Below are positions 1 to 13,069 of a stretch of 64,000 nt of DNA, piece after piece (within the stretch, counting starts at the first letter, position 1; every line of letters starts with the position of its first letter). The notes beneath the pieces are model-generated. The model had not been told where the DNA came from. It did not search any database and saw only the letters and a list, made by a program, of their open reading frames with translations. The position numbers and the translations under genes were made by a program. This DNA comes from Acanthaster planci (lineage: Eukaryota), in contig NW_019091358.1 of assembly GCF_001949145.1 (NCBI RefSeq), positions 3,156,535 to 3,220,534 on the forward strand, given 5' to 3'.

Positions 1-705
1 TCAAATTTCAAAAAAATTGAGAATGGAACTGCATGCAAAAAGACTATTTAAGAAAAACGAGTTTCCAAGTAAACAGCGCTCTCACTCATGTAGTCATTCC
101 CCTACCAATAATAAACCTTTTGTTGTTTTGCAATGCATTATGGGTTTGGATGACAAGCAAGCAATACATTTTATGCACAACCCTATGAGTGAAGTGTACA
201 TGCCTGCAAAACAATCTGTTACCATTTTATTTCATACTCCAGTTCAAGTCATCTTCTTCTCACAGTGTTGCATTACAGATTTGGGATGAAGATAGTCACA
301 AACCTTGAAGTATCACATGGCAGAAAAGAAAAATTCAGGGAATCTCTTCAATAATACTATCTGGTCATAGACCACGCCTTGACTGAGATCGTGAGTACTA
401 TTGCCCAATCAAAATCATGACTTGTAAGTTGTAGCTCATTCATCCTGTATTGACCAATCACGTTATTTTCAGCCTAGAATGATTTGTGCCCTTAAAAAAG
501 ACAATTAAGGGTGATTTTTCCACTCACAAATATTTGAAAATTTATTTAATTTTTTTACAAAGTGCAATAAAGAGCGTGTTGCTGTTGGCCTTGGGAGAAA
601 CTGACTTTTTTTTTTTTTTAGATAATAACAACTCAAATTTATAAATGTAGTTTTTATCTCCCTACTTACAGAACTTGCAGAATGGTGCCGATGTGTAACA
701 CAATC

Positions 706-3640
706 ATGGCATCATCTTTAACGGAGGATGATATTCCAGGTGCAAAGTTTGAAACAGACCCTTTGTCAGCAACAGTGCTGCAGCTAAAGAGATGGTTGGC
801 ATGCAGAAGAGGCGCTTCAACTTCTGGAGTTAAATCAGAACTTGTACAGAGGTAAGTTACGTGAATCTTTTCATAGCAAATATTGTAAATTTTTTTGGGG
901 GGGGGTCTGATTTCTTGTACAGGTAACTGATACTGATATCTAAACATTAATCATGGTAATGGCAAATAGTGAAATAACCTTTCTGAAATGACTTTTGTGG
1001 GGACATAATGAAGACTACTGAACTTTTGAAAGATGTTGGATATCTTTGTTGAGCCATTATAATTTTAAGTGACACCAATAATGACGCGGTATGTACCTGT
1101 TACTACTACAAATTACTTTGCTGTAGCCAGGACTTTGTTATAAAGAGTAGAAAAACAAAGAATAAATAAGAATTCAAGAAAGTGGGATTCTCAAAATCCT
1201 TTATAAGTAACAGTATTTTGTTATAACAATGGTGTTTATGAGAGTCAACTGTACCATTGGTTCAGTTCTAGAGGTACGTTCATTCCAAGTGCAATGTAGC
1301 ATTTTCCAGTAGCACCTTTCAGCATTTTAAAGAGGAAACCTACCTCTTATTGGAAACCATGAGACTGCTCTTGAAGCCCACAAATTGCCTCTCTTGTATT
1401 CTTAATAAATACATTGTAGCAGGGTATGTTGCTTTGACCATGCATGAGGCCAGTGCCTATGAGTGTCATATGGGTATGCATATAAAGACGCCTCATGTTA
1501 AACAAGGGGGTTTTGAATCAGAAAAATTGAAATGACCCAATCTGGAATTTTTCCTCCAGTTAACAATTACAGCATACCAGTACATGTACATGTATGTGGA
1601 AGAAGAGCATTAGAATAAGATGGTTTATTTTTAGCTTTGATTCATTTTGTTATTGCAGAGTATGCAATTATATCAGTGGAGGTCTGTCAGAGACATTGTT
1701 GATTGATCCGGAAAACACCCAGCATGCGGTGGACAGGGAGAGAGGGAGGACAGTGTCTGCTGTTACATGTACCCCTACAAGTTTCCAGCAACCTCCTAAA
1801 GACGGCTGGACAAGCAACTTATCCCATGTGAGTTTGCACTTTCCAAAATTAGGAAAACCTAATTCAGCATTTGAATAATCCTGAAGACTAATTCAGATCT
1901 TCAGACCATGATTACAAATGTAGCAGAGATCAAATGTGACTTTGTGTAACATAAACTTATCTTGCTAATTCCTCATTCCTTTGGATGAAACAAAATCATG
2001 GGAAAAAAAACAGGTTGGCCAAAAATTTGTTTGAGTGAACTATTAATTAAACGAAACAAATGAAGCAATGCTAGGTAATCCACTTTGCTTGGATTGCATG
2101 TTCCAGGTGCTGTGTCTTTTGGAGCAATGTGGCATTTTCTTGTGAACCAGCCACATTTGAAAGAGAAGGCAAAAGGATGTGACAAGCAGTTTGGAAAGGG
2201 GTATAAGCTTAGTGTTCAGGGCATGTTAAAGATATTATGTATCACCCTATGTCTTCAGTATTTCCATTTATCTATCTAAAAGCAACTGTTCTTCCAACAA
2301 TGACAAAATCAAAAATGTACACAAGTTGTATATCAGTATGGCAATCATCTCACCATATACACTCAACATATTGTACATGCCCTGCAGGATTGGGTGGCAT
2401 TTGTTGCCATGTGGCAGTATTTTTATATGTATGCTCAGATACCAGAATTTCAGGTCATACCGACCTCTATGTTTCAGAACCCTTTATATCACGTACATCC
2501 TATCCTCAACAGTGGCACTTGCCCCGTAGAAAACAAAAAGGTGATAATTTCCCAATCAGTGACGCAGCGTATGAGAAATACGACCCCACCTAGCCAAAGA
2601 AGAGAAAACCAAATATAAGGCAATCTGACCCCAGACCAAATTACCTTCAGAGAAACAATCGCAAATCCAGTGCATTTCTCCATGTCTTGCCATTTGCTCC
2701 ATCTTTATCTGCCATTTCATTTGATCATGACTACATGTGTACTGCATCTGAATCAACCAGAAATCCAAATCAATCCCAAAGAAACTCAATGAGCTCAGTA
2801 GCTCCCAATTCAACTGGTTCAGGAAGCTCTCAACAATCAACAGATTTGTTGACTGTTATATCCACCACATTTGAATTCATTCAAAGCATAATTATTGTAA
2901 GCAACGAGATCCCCAAACCATCTGAAGAATTGTCAGTTGATGAAGAGTTTAAGGATAAGTGTGGTAAGTATGAGCAGGCACAGAAAGTGACAACTGAAGA
3001 AGTTGAGTAACTTGAACAGTCTACCAGGGGTCAGTCAGTCAATGAAAACTGCCATAAACATAGACAGGAGAAAGTTACAGCATCTGTGGCTGGTGCCATT
3101 ATCAATAGGAAGAAAACAACTCCACCTGATAATCTTCTGAGAAGAATTATGGGATATGACAATCTGAAATTTATTTTAAAGGCTTGTAAACATGGGATAG
3201 AGTGTGAACAAAGGGCTGCAGATGCCTACATAGAGTACATGAAAATGAATGTTCACCCAGACATTTGTTTGAAGGAAACAGGATTTTCTGTCATGCCAGA
3301 AAGTTCACGGCTAGGTGCCAGTATAGACAGAATTATTTCACATCCTTTAAGTCAGCCTCATAAAGGAAACGCTGAAATCAAGTGTCCATTATCAAATTTA
3401 ACAGTGGCAGACCTTGTAATTCAGCGTGGTTCATCCTTTCCACTTCAGAGAGACTCAACAGGCAAGTTAAAGCTTAACCATCATCATGTGTATTATTACC
3501 AAGTACAGTGCCAGCTTGCAGTAACAGAGAGAATGGTGTGATTTTATCATGTACGTAGAAACACCTGAGGGAAAAGATATTCATGTTGAGCGTATCTGGT
3601 TTGACCAACAAGCATGGGAAACATTGTCTTTCCTAAACTG
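706..3640 (+). pseudogene. Decayed spliced gene for a SAP + SWIM zinc finger + YqaJ/lambda-exonuclease protein (accessory ORF of the ISL2EU/PHIS-type DNA transposons)
   Basis: Exon 706-851 (MASSLTEDDIPGA...LQLKRWLACRRGASTSGVKSELVQR, SAP-like, GTAAG donor) joins in phase to exon 1659-1827 (CAG acceptor, GTGAG donor). SWIM motif CTCPAGLGGICCH at about 2370-2412. YqaJ motifs TRGQS, KHGIECE, LGASID, EIKCP and YYYQVQCQLAVT at 3020-3540. Stops and frameshifts split the frame. Confidence 0.8.
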
Positions 3641-6600
3641 AAGGAATTTTACATAGGATATGTTGTGCCAGAGATTCTGACTAGGCAAATCAAACTTGGC
3701 TTCTCCATGTTTCCAGAACTTTTTCATTATGAAAATGCTAGAAACACAAGCAAAAGAAGTGAAGAGTAGGTATTTTGTTGGATTTACATGGTACATGGAA
3801 ATAACTGTTTCCCTGCAATTACATAAAGTCCTTGGATTTGCCAGAGCACTTTTAGGCTCAAATAAGTTCAAATTTTATGTGAAATTTCCAAAGAATGCTT
3901 ACATTTACAAATCATATTTATTGCCACTTTCCTGCAGATGTAGTAATTTGACATCTTTCCCCAGACTGCGTGGTGGAATAACGTTGGAGAAAATTGTTTT
4001 GACTTTAATTTATTGATTAGTTGAACATTTAATGAAATAGCAGATGAACGTGCAGGTGTGTAGAAAGACAATTCCTATAAGACATTAAGTGTAATCATAG
4101 TACGTAGACATGTTAATTTCAACACATGGGTACATATTTTATAAAGAAACAAAAATGAAATGCCTGTCTTATGATATTGACAGTAACTTGTTAGATGTTA
4201 TCTTCAATAACAGTATTTATTATCAACACAGTATTTATTGCCACCTGTCTTAACCCCTTGACGACAGGAATTTCTTCCCAAAAGCCGACTCCAAGAATTC
4301 CATCCTCGCTTGGCCACGAAGGCCACCATGTGGGATGTGGAATTTTCAGAGATTTGTTCTAGTGCACCGCATTATTAGGGAACACTCGGCTGAATTTGTG
4401 CCAACTTCAGGATGCTGTCGTTTTTTAATGTTGGGCTAGTAAATTTAATTACACCAAAATTGTTGACATAGGTGATCAGGAACATGTTACGAAGTTTATA
4501 ATATCATTGTTTAACTGAATGAATTTAAATGTTTTTAGCAAAGAGATTTGGCAGTGAGGCATGAGGAAAATGAAGGAAAGGTTGAAGAGCGGCACGCTGG
4601 AGGACTCAACTATACTAGGGCCAGTCTAGTGGACTATGGGTACCTCCGTATCCTTGGCTTTATTCCTAAACTGGAAACAAGTGGAGGAAGGCTTAAACAT
4701 TGGGAAAAAGCTACCTGGCCATGAACAGCTGAGCAACATACACACATTTTTCAATTGCCTTTTTGATTAATTCACCCAGCAGTTTATCATGTTAATTCAT
4801 TTGCCCAAACTGAAATTCTCTGACCATCATGCCTGTTGGCAAATTGTTTACAATTTTGTCATGTCGACACCCTTCTACAGTGATTTGCTCAAGATCTTTA
4901 CTGGTGATGAACACATTACAACTCAAGGCACCAGCAGTTGTGGTGATCTCAGAGAATGTTGATTAATGCACACCGCATTTTTATAAAACTGCATGTGCTC
5001 AATTCAGTGTACAGGTATGCTTTTGTTGTTATGGTCATGTGAAGTTCAAGACCACATACTTGTATGCGCTGGCCCCTTGTATCAAGTGTGGTAGTGGAGA
5101 AATTTAAATTTGGGGCTGATCTAGCTGTCTTGGAAAAATGAGCTTTGCCCAAGAATGGAATATTTGATATGAATTTACAAAATTACATTAAACATTACAT
5201 TAATTTAATTACATTAATTAAAAGTCAAAATGACCACAAAGAAAGACTGTAAAATGCCTCAAGGTTAAGCTTGTGAAAAAACCTTCGCAGAGATACCGGA
5301 AAATATATTGCAGGTGATTCCACATGCCCCCCAAGCTTTTTTATGGTTTAACTTGTAGTTATAGTTCATAGTGCTTGGTTTTCTAGCTTGTTTAATTCTT
5401 TGGATTACATCATTTTTGGGGGGGGGTGTTGATCATAGTTTCGGTTTTGATATCTAGAAATGGTATCTGAGTCCTTACTAATTTTGCTCTGTGCAACTTT
5501 TCCCTCGAAGATTCTTCATTTAGTTGGAGTTTCTCTCCCCTCGTCGAGCGCCATTTTTGCAGGTTACATTTACCAATTGAACATACTTCTTCTGCACACA
5601 GGCACGCATTGATGCTGGATTCCACCTGTGCACATAATGTGCATCTGGGTAACGAACATCCATCTCATTCAGGTAAGAGATGACTGGATGATTGAGGTAC
5701 ATGTACGTAAGTCTAGACATGACATAATGCTCATGCATACATACTTGACACCTGCTAACCCTTCTGAGTTAAATGGGGTGGCAAGCGAGAATCTTGTCAT
5801 TGTGTGTGGGGGAGGGGGAAAATAACCTTTCCCCACCCTTCTTGGGTCAGGGAGATCAGGCATAAATTGAATACCTTTACATATTTAAACTAAAGTTCCA
5901 GTTGCCTCTTGGTGCAGCCAGTCAAAAACTGTATGGTTCTGTGTTAGTAAGCCAGTTGCAAGTTAAATTTGAATAAAATCAGGTATACTGAGTTATGTGA
6001 TTGTGCATAAATGTAACAATTTGAATTCCGCAGACTAAAGACACTTACTCTACCTCATGATTCGGAGCAAACTTTTGCATTGCAACCACCATCTCTGGAA
6101 TAGACTGGTTCCTTTGTGCCTTTCTTATTCATCTTAATCCTAACCCTGCCAGATGCACTGGTCATGTAAAGACAGTGGGAGCTAGTCCCATTGAACAATG
6201 CCACTGTTGGATCTTGTGGTGACTGGCAACCACAGACTCCCAGGCTGTTTGGCCTTGGGGAGAGTTGACCTGTTGGATCTTGTGATACTGGGCAGGCAAG
6301 CCACTTTGACAAATGATGCAGTTTGATGTGTCTGGCAGGGTTTCTATCTGAACAATATTGTGCTTGTTTTAATTATGTGACAATTGCTTTGGAATCATTC
6401 ATGTTAATTGACAGACATGGGTCTTTCTATTTCTCCAGCCCAATTTTCCTTTTTTTTATTATGAGGGCACTTGTTGGCAAGTGGATAGAAGCAGAGATGG
6501 CAATGAGAGTGGAAGGAACATGTGCTGTCTGTCAAGGAGAAGTCTGTCTTCTGCAGTGACTGTAAGTTGTCTTTTTAAGCATTAAGGATGACGTTGATAC

Positions 6601-6859
6601 TGTCAATTCTGCCCTCAGGATTGCATGCAATTTGTCTTTTCAGCTGTTTAAACGTGATGCGGGAGAGATAAATATAGTCATTAAGGGGCTAGCAAGTTAC
6701 TGTCATGTTTGCAGTGATTCCTTGGTGGTTTTGCATTTTTGCCATGCCTTGAATACTCAACTTTCTGTTCTTCATGAACATCAGTATGGAGGCTGTGGAG
6801 ACCATCAGAGAGCAGTTCTGACAGTAAGATTTGAAACTTTGCATGACGGAGGCTAGGGT

Positions 6860-7150
6860 GAGAGAGGGTTTGTGGGTACACCACATGGAATCAATGTCTT
6901 CTATAGGAGTGGGGGGTTCTGACAAGAACCAGTGAGTGGGAACTCCTCAGGGGAGACAACCAGAGCTTCCTGGTGGAAACATCAAGTTCACACTCACAAG
7001 TTCTCAGAACCACCGTTCTTATAGGAGAAATTGATTCGACAAATGGTGTTCCAACAAACCTTCTCTCTGCCAGAACCACCGTTCTTGTAGAAGAGATTGA
7101 TTCTACACATGGCGTACCTGCAAACCTTCTCTGTCAGAACCACCGTTCTT
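6860..7150. repeat. About 66-bp repeat: two full and one partial tandem copy, plus one inverted copy
   Basis: CAGAACCACCGTTCTT...ATTGATTC...CAAACCTTCTCT recurs at 7005, 7071 and 7135. A reverse-complement copy lies at about 6860-6925. Confidence 0.7.
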
Positions 7151-7745
7151 ATACCGGACTCAAACAACACCAAGCCCATGGCAGGAAGGGAGAGTATGAG
7201 AAGTCAGCGATAGTCAAGCATTTCCACTCTGAAGACCACCGCATCAACTGGGACCAAGCCCATCTCATCACCAGCATCGAGCACTGGTACCCAAGATGCA
7301 TCAGAGAAACCTTGGAGATCCTCAAGCAAGACACCATTCCCCAAGACATCGGCTTCTCCATCAGTGACATCCAGCAACCCCTGCTGACCTCCCAGTCCAA
7401 TGGGTCCTCTATACCCTAGGACACCCGCCTATGGGTCTCCTATACCCCCCGGCCACCTCACCCCACCCCAACCACTGCCCAACTGACACGCCTCACTGAC
7501 CAGCTGGACCCCTTCCGCATGATGGTGCCCAGCTGGCTCCACCACTAGCATCCTCGTCACATTCCACTGCATCCTGTCACCTTATATAAACAGCTTCCTC
7601 ATCAGCATCTCTTCAGTCTCCTGACGACGGACTGAGCACACAGCCTGAAACGTTGAGTATACTCCCGATTAGGCTTTTCAGAACCACACATACTCATAAG
7701 AGATACATTCCTTCGCATGGTGCTACCGCAAACCTTTCCACTTAT
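7150..7745 (+). mobile_element. Penelope-like element 3' fragment (GIY-YIG endonuclease C-terminus plus pseudo-LTR region)
   Basis: TGLKQHQ...KSAIVKHFHSEDHRINWDQAHLITSIEHWYPRCIRETLEI...DIGFSISD matches the typical C-terminal tail of PLE GIY-YIG proteins. It is followed by TTATATAAA and a hammerhead-like core. Confidence 0.8.
7615..7660 (+). ncRNA. Minimal type I hammerhead ribozyme-like motif (degenerate)
   Basis: ctc-CTGACGA-c-ggactg-agcaca-cagcct-GAAA-CGTT-gag: CUGANGA and GAAA cores, imperfect stem II, palindromic AACGTT stem III, short CTC/GAG stem I. It sits at the expected place in a PLE. Confidence 0.6.
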
Positions 7746-8379
7746 TGCTGTCTTTCACAAATAACATCCTGACATTCCATCAAAAGCTATAATCCAACAT
7801 CATAAAAGAAAACTTGGCAAAACGTAGACACAGAAAAGCCAAAACACATCAAATTAATTCCTTCTTGAAAAGTGAAGAGAAAATTCAAATCCTTGTTGAA
7901 AATGTTGCTTTATAAAGCAGTGATCTTGACAACATGAGGGATAACAAACTATACGTCATTTTCTATGGAGAAAGGCAAACATACACAATAATGGCGGATT
8001 GTGGGCTTTCCTGGTAGCTCTTAAATTTGTCAACTGTAGCTATTACGAGGCCCAGTAAAATCAGTGTCACGGCAGCCAAATGCAATGTTACTCTTACCCA
8101 AACCAATCTTCCGGTCACACTTAGTGTGATTGAAACCAGTGGAGGGTGGACGTGAGGATACGTTCCTCGTCATCACGAATCAAATCTACAGTTATAGTAG
8201 ACAACAATAACTATAGATTTGTTTTGCTGTTGATAGTTACGAATCTACAGTTTGCTGTTTTCGTAAGTTACGAATCTACAGTTAGATTTCCAAGTAAAAT
8301 TTTCATCCAGGTTACACCCAAAAATTTTGAACTTTTAACCTGCATCAACCTCAAATTGTTGAAGATGAAATGAGCATTT

Positions 8380-9130
8380 TGTCTATACTTAAATTGTAAT
8401 TGAACAAAATATTATGTTATGTGATTTTAGGGCATTAATACACGGTTTGTTTGCTAAAATCCACTCATTTAGTTGAGCAAGTTCCAAATTAAGGTTTTGG
8501 ATTGCTTCATTTCCATTATTGTGCGTATACCACAAACTTGTATCATCGGCAAATAAACAAAATGTTGTACTGTTTGAGGTACTGCATATGTCGTTGATGT
8601 AACTTAGAAATAGCAACGGACCTAACACAGAACCTGGTGGTACCCCACATGTGATGGCTGGACTGCTGGAATTAACAGATTTAAATGACATGGACTGCTC
8701 TCTGTTGTAGAGATAACTTCAGATAATTCCAGAGCTGTACTATGGATACCGTAATGCTCTAATTTTGTAATTAAAATATTATGATTGACAGTGTCAAAAG
8801 CTTGTGATAAGTCTAAAAATACACCAATGGAGAAATTCTGTTTGTCAATTGCACTACATTCATGTAATTTACTAACAATACACAATATTGCCGTTTCAGT
8901 AGAGCATTTTTGTCTGAATCCGAATTGTCATTCAGAAAGAATGTCATGTTTATTGATAAAAGATATTAATCTCTGAGATTTAAGCTTTTCAAACAATTTC
9001 GAAAATGTAGATAGGACAGAAATAGGTCTATAGTTGGTTACATTGTGCTTACAACCATTTTTGTAAATTGGTTTTACCTAGGCTATTTTTAGACAATCAG
9101 GAAACACTCCAGCTGTTAGTCACTTGTTAA
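8380..9130 (-). mobile_element. Non-LTR retrotransposon (CR1/L2/Jockey-group) reverse transcriptase fragment, frameshifted
   Basis: Motifs YRPISVL, GVFLDLSQAFDTVNHNILITKLEHYGI, GVPPGSVLGPLLFLSYIND and LFADDT on the minus strand. Confidence 0.9.
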
Positions 9131-9189
9131 AGATATCAACCAGGTGCTTAGCAAGTGCGTTCCTTGCCTGCTTGATGACAAAGGGACTT

Positions 9190-9420
9190 GGATCATCCCA
9201 ACCAGAGGCCTTCCCAGAAGGGAAATTGCTTATTCATGTGGATTGGGTTTTCAGTCCCTACCTGATTCCTGGGTTTTACCCCGACTATTCCTCTGGGGTT
9301 TTCCTCCCTCCTCTAAACCTGTAACTGCTTCTCATTGTCTCCTCTCTACAGGTTTCTTCAAGCTCGCAAGCTACGGTGCCTTGTACACTTTTGAGTTGTC
9401 TATTACCAGAAATAGTTATG
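9190..9420 (+). mobile_element. Probable SINE central/3' domain
   Basis: CATGTGGATTGGGTTTTCAGTCCCTACCTGA...GGTTTTCCTCCC resembles the central domain of invertebrate SINEs. Recognised by eye only. Confidence 0.35.
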
Positions 9421-12400
9421 AATGAAACAGTGTTGTAGTAGAGTACTTTCCGAGTACCAACGTTCTACGCAAAATACTGAACTGGGTAAGACAGAATAAA
9501 GCCAGAGTGCACAGGCATTTGATGGAAAATGTAAAAAGGTAAGATTACAAAATAAATGTTAGACTTCAGACACTCCCAGTTGTGTAAAATTTAAGTTTTA
9601 AGGAGAAAAGTACACGGAAAGTACTCGGCCAAGTACTTTCCGAGTACTTTTGTCCTAAAAAGTTAATTTTAGTCAAACAGTGATGGTCTGAAGTCATTAT
9701 GTTGATTTGTAATCTTACCTTTGTGCATGTACCATCAAATGCCGATGTACTTCAGCTTTGTTCCCTTCCAACTAGTTAAATATTTGGTAGACAATTTGGT
9801 TCTCAAAAAGTACTCAACTACATCACTGGAATGAAATAATAATAACAAATAAGATGACCAGTCCAGTTTGCAACTCTGGTTAGAATGGGAAAGAAAATTA
9901 CTACAGAACTGAGCTACTGGAATTTCATTTTTGAAGAGTTCCATACCGTTTTTAGGATTTCATCTGCATTACTCTTGTATTTTATGAAGTGATTGATAGC
10001 AAATATGACTTTAAGGTTCAAAGAACTTGCATCGTAGTTTCATTTGAGCTAGGAAGCGGGTGGAATGTCCCAAAGTTGCTTTGTCTTGAACTCAAAGCTT
10101 TCACCTCATATTTCCTATGCTTTGTCAATACAGAGTACAAGATGTCCCATAGGTCTACCTTGATGGAGCTGATCCAATTCACCTCTTCCCTTTTGTGACC
10201 ACCCGGATGTTAACCTCTGTGACGTCAAGGAGCTCCATCCAAAGTCAGTTAAGTCAAGCCCCAGGTAAGCTTGTCTTTCCTTTATTTCTGGCCCAGTATT
10301 GTTTTAACTTGTGAAAAAGAAAGAGACAACTTACTATGATCAAAGTGACTGGAATTAATTTATTTTTATCACTTCTTGGGCATTCACTCTAATTTCATTT
10401 CCTCAAATCTTGCATTTTGTGACCTTTGCCACTCAGGACAATGTGAAACACAACCACTCCATGAACGCCTCAGACTGGGGTTATTCATTTTCCCTGTTCA
10501 ATTTTTGCTTGTAAGTTTTTAGGCGAGGTGCCAGCATTGATAAAAATTAACTGCTGATACATGTCAGTGCATGGTCACTAAAACGAGCGAGATTGGATGG
10601 TTTACCTTTGAATGGGCAGGGGAAGCCCTGCGCTCGATCACATCTTTCTCCTCACCGGTCTTCTAGCAGCAGGTGCATTTTGTACATATATGTGGGAATT
10701 TGTAGTATCCTGCCTGAGAGAGCACCGCCATTCTTCTTCAGCTTTACCTGGGCTTCCTTAACAACTATATAGCTTGTGCTTAAACTCAAATGTGCATGCC
10801 TTATCAATCAAATTCCTCAGTTTGCTAGGGCCATTCAGACTTCAGTGACATTGTTGCAAGCAGGGTTCAATTGCCGTACACGCCATTTTATGATGATGGG
10901 TTTGGGGCCCATTGGAGTGGGAAGACTTTCATGCAGACCTGTGGGAATACCTCAGTGCAATACTTTTAAGAAGATGGTCACCGGTTTGTTACACTTGCAA
11001 AATCTTGTGGAAACACTGACACACATGTGGATTAGTGTTTTATGGTGTCACGACTGAACAATAATCATAATGGGGGATATACTAGAAATGGGAATTAGCA
11101 AACAGATAGACAGGTCCCTTGGTTAAACACCCAACTATACACAAGTGTGAGGGCATTTTCAAGAGATAACTGGCCGTGCGTTGGTGGTAGACAGCCTTTA
11201 AGTGCTTAATGGTGTTACGCACAGTGGTTCTTAGCATGAGCTGACACTGAGAAATACAAAGGATTGGATTAGCTTTGGTCGCAAATGCTCTGGCCAAGAC
11301 GCCATTTTAGTATAGTTTGATTAACCACTACCCTACCCTCCAGTCAGAGTTACTGGGGGAAAATGGGGGAAATTGGACGATGGGATATCTTGAGCCTTAA
11401 TTGGTAATACTAGGCTCAAGTGTATGATTGTTCTATTCAGCAAATGTTAATGTCCAAGTGTTGAATGTTTTGTCATGTTCACAGCACTGATGCCTGACTG
11501 TAGTGTGACATGACTCGTCTACCTCTCTGCCTTCAGTACTAGTGAATGTCCTGTCGCTGACACCATGCAGCACCTGTTGGAATCACAACACATCACTGAA
11601 ATGCGGTGACATTTTCACTTTTACTTACCGGCGTAAGTGGGTTAAACTTTGCGGGAGGGAGGAGCACTTTGGATGTCCTCACTTTTCAGAGGGGAACACT
11701 CAGTGGGGTTTGGTCAAAGTTAACACAGACCAAGACCAAGATTGACTATCACACACCCCTTTTTTCTCTCTCGTTATCTGGGGGGGGCTTGTAGTAACGC
11801 CTCCGTTCTTGGTGTCTAATTTACTTTGCTACTCCATTCACCTGAAGTATATGAAGTGGCCTGTGGGTTGTCAAAAGACCCTTTCTGCACTAACCCTAGC
11901 TTGCTTTCATCTCAAGCACTCTACTGGGGACTAGGAGCAAAAACGAGTCTTGAGTCAGGGAATATCAGATTCTTGGAGGTCAACCTCTGCACTGTCTCAT
12001 GTTTTGTGATTTTATTTTTCACAGGCCTTGTCTGCTTGCGCCGCCGTGTTGTACATGTACAGACATTGTTTTGGTGTGATTGATGGATCTGTGTGATTGT
12101 TCCATCCTGCTGTGCTATCAGTTGATTGATCCTATATAAAAATCTGTTGATCCTATTGATATCACTAATAATACTATGAAATTCTGATCTTTTCTGTCCA
12201 ATTCAGGGATATGGAAAACTTTCCAAAGGGGCATTGAAGTCTGAGATTTCATACGCAGATCAGTCCATTGACGAGATGTTCCAAACCATCCATCATTCAG
12301 GTGATGTTACTTATACTATTGTTAACCAAAGTTGTCACTCCAACTTGTCCTAAGTAATTAGTTATTAAATAGTAGTTATTAAATTAACATCTCCCCAACG

Positions 12401-12471
12401 CAAAAATACATCTTGAAAATAGTTCGCGGTACCCGCTGCTTCATTTGACTTGGACCGGCCAGCCGACCCCG

Positions 12472-12630
12472 GCAAGCTCGGTGGTCGAGTGGTTAAGACA
12501 TCTGCACAAGTAAGCAGGAGGTCGTGGGTTCGAGTCCCACCCAAGTAAGCTTGTGAGGTTTTTTTGCAAGCTCTCAGACAAGCACTGAGCATACAGTGCT
12601 TATTAATATACGTTGGGTAAGGGCAAAACC
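12472..12630 (+). mobile_element. tRNA-derived SINE-like repeat
   Basis: A box TGGTCGAGTGG and B box GGTTCGAGTCC at tRNA spacing. No perfect acceptor stem. Followed by a T-run and a non-tRNA tail. Confidence 0.65.
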
Positions 12631-13069
12631 TGTTATATATAATTGTCCTAAGTATACCTACCTTAGCCTAGCTTTTAACCATTCGGAAGTGAGACATGTA
12701 TTTCATATGTTAAACTGGTTGTCAAAGTTTATTGAGAGAAAACCAGAGATAGACTGACATGTTTCAGTCAAAGTAGAAGATAAGCTCAATCTCTCACTGG
12801 TAGAGTTGTATTTAAATATTATCGGCACATTTTTCCAGTTGTTTTACGGCAAAATGTTTTATTCCACATTCATCTTCCCAAACCGGTGTTCACTGTTGTT
12901 GCCTTTCGTGGTTCCGTTTTCTTATTTCAAGTTATCGTGAATCTCTGACTAGAAAAGTGATCATCTATCTTACATTTCTGTTAGTACTGCAGTAAAGAGC
13001 CCCATCCATTACACTTTCATTACCAGCTTAAATTAAGGCAAACAATGAGGAAGTATCTCTTTCATGGAT

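Noticed and set aside
4250..6850. Coding-like stretches that might be the missing transposase
   Set aside because: Multiple stops, and I could not recognise any THAP, DDE or other motif.
12472..12545. Functional tRNA gene
   Set aside because: A and B boxes are present but the acceptor and anticodon stems are poor, and there is a repeat-like tail. Treated as SINE-like.
12720..12820. Second hammerhead on the minus strand (GAAACATGTC)
   Set aside because: The CUGANGA core is not intact, so it is too degenerate to call.
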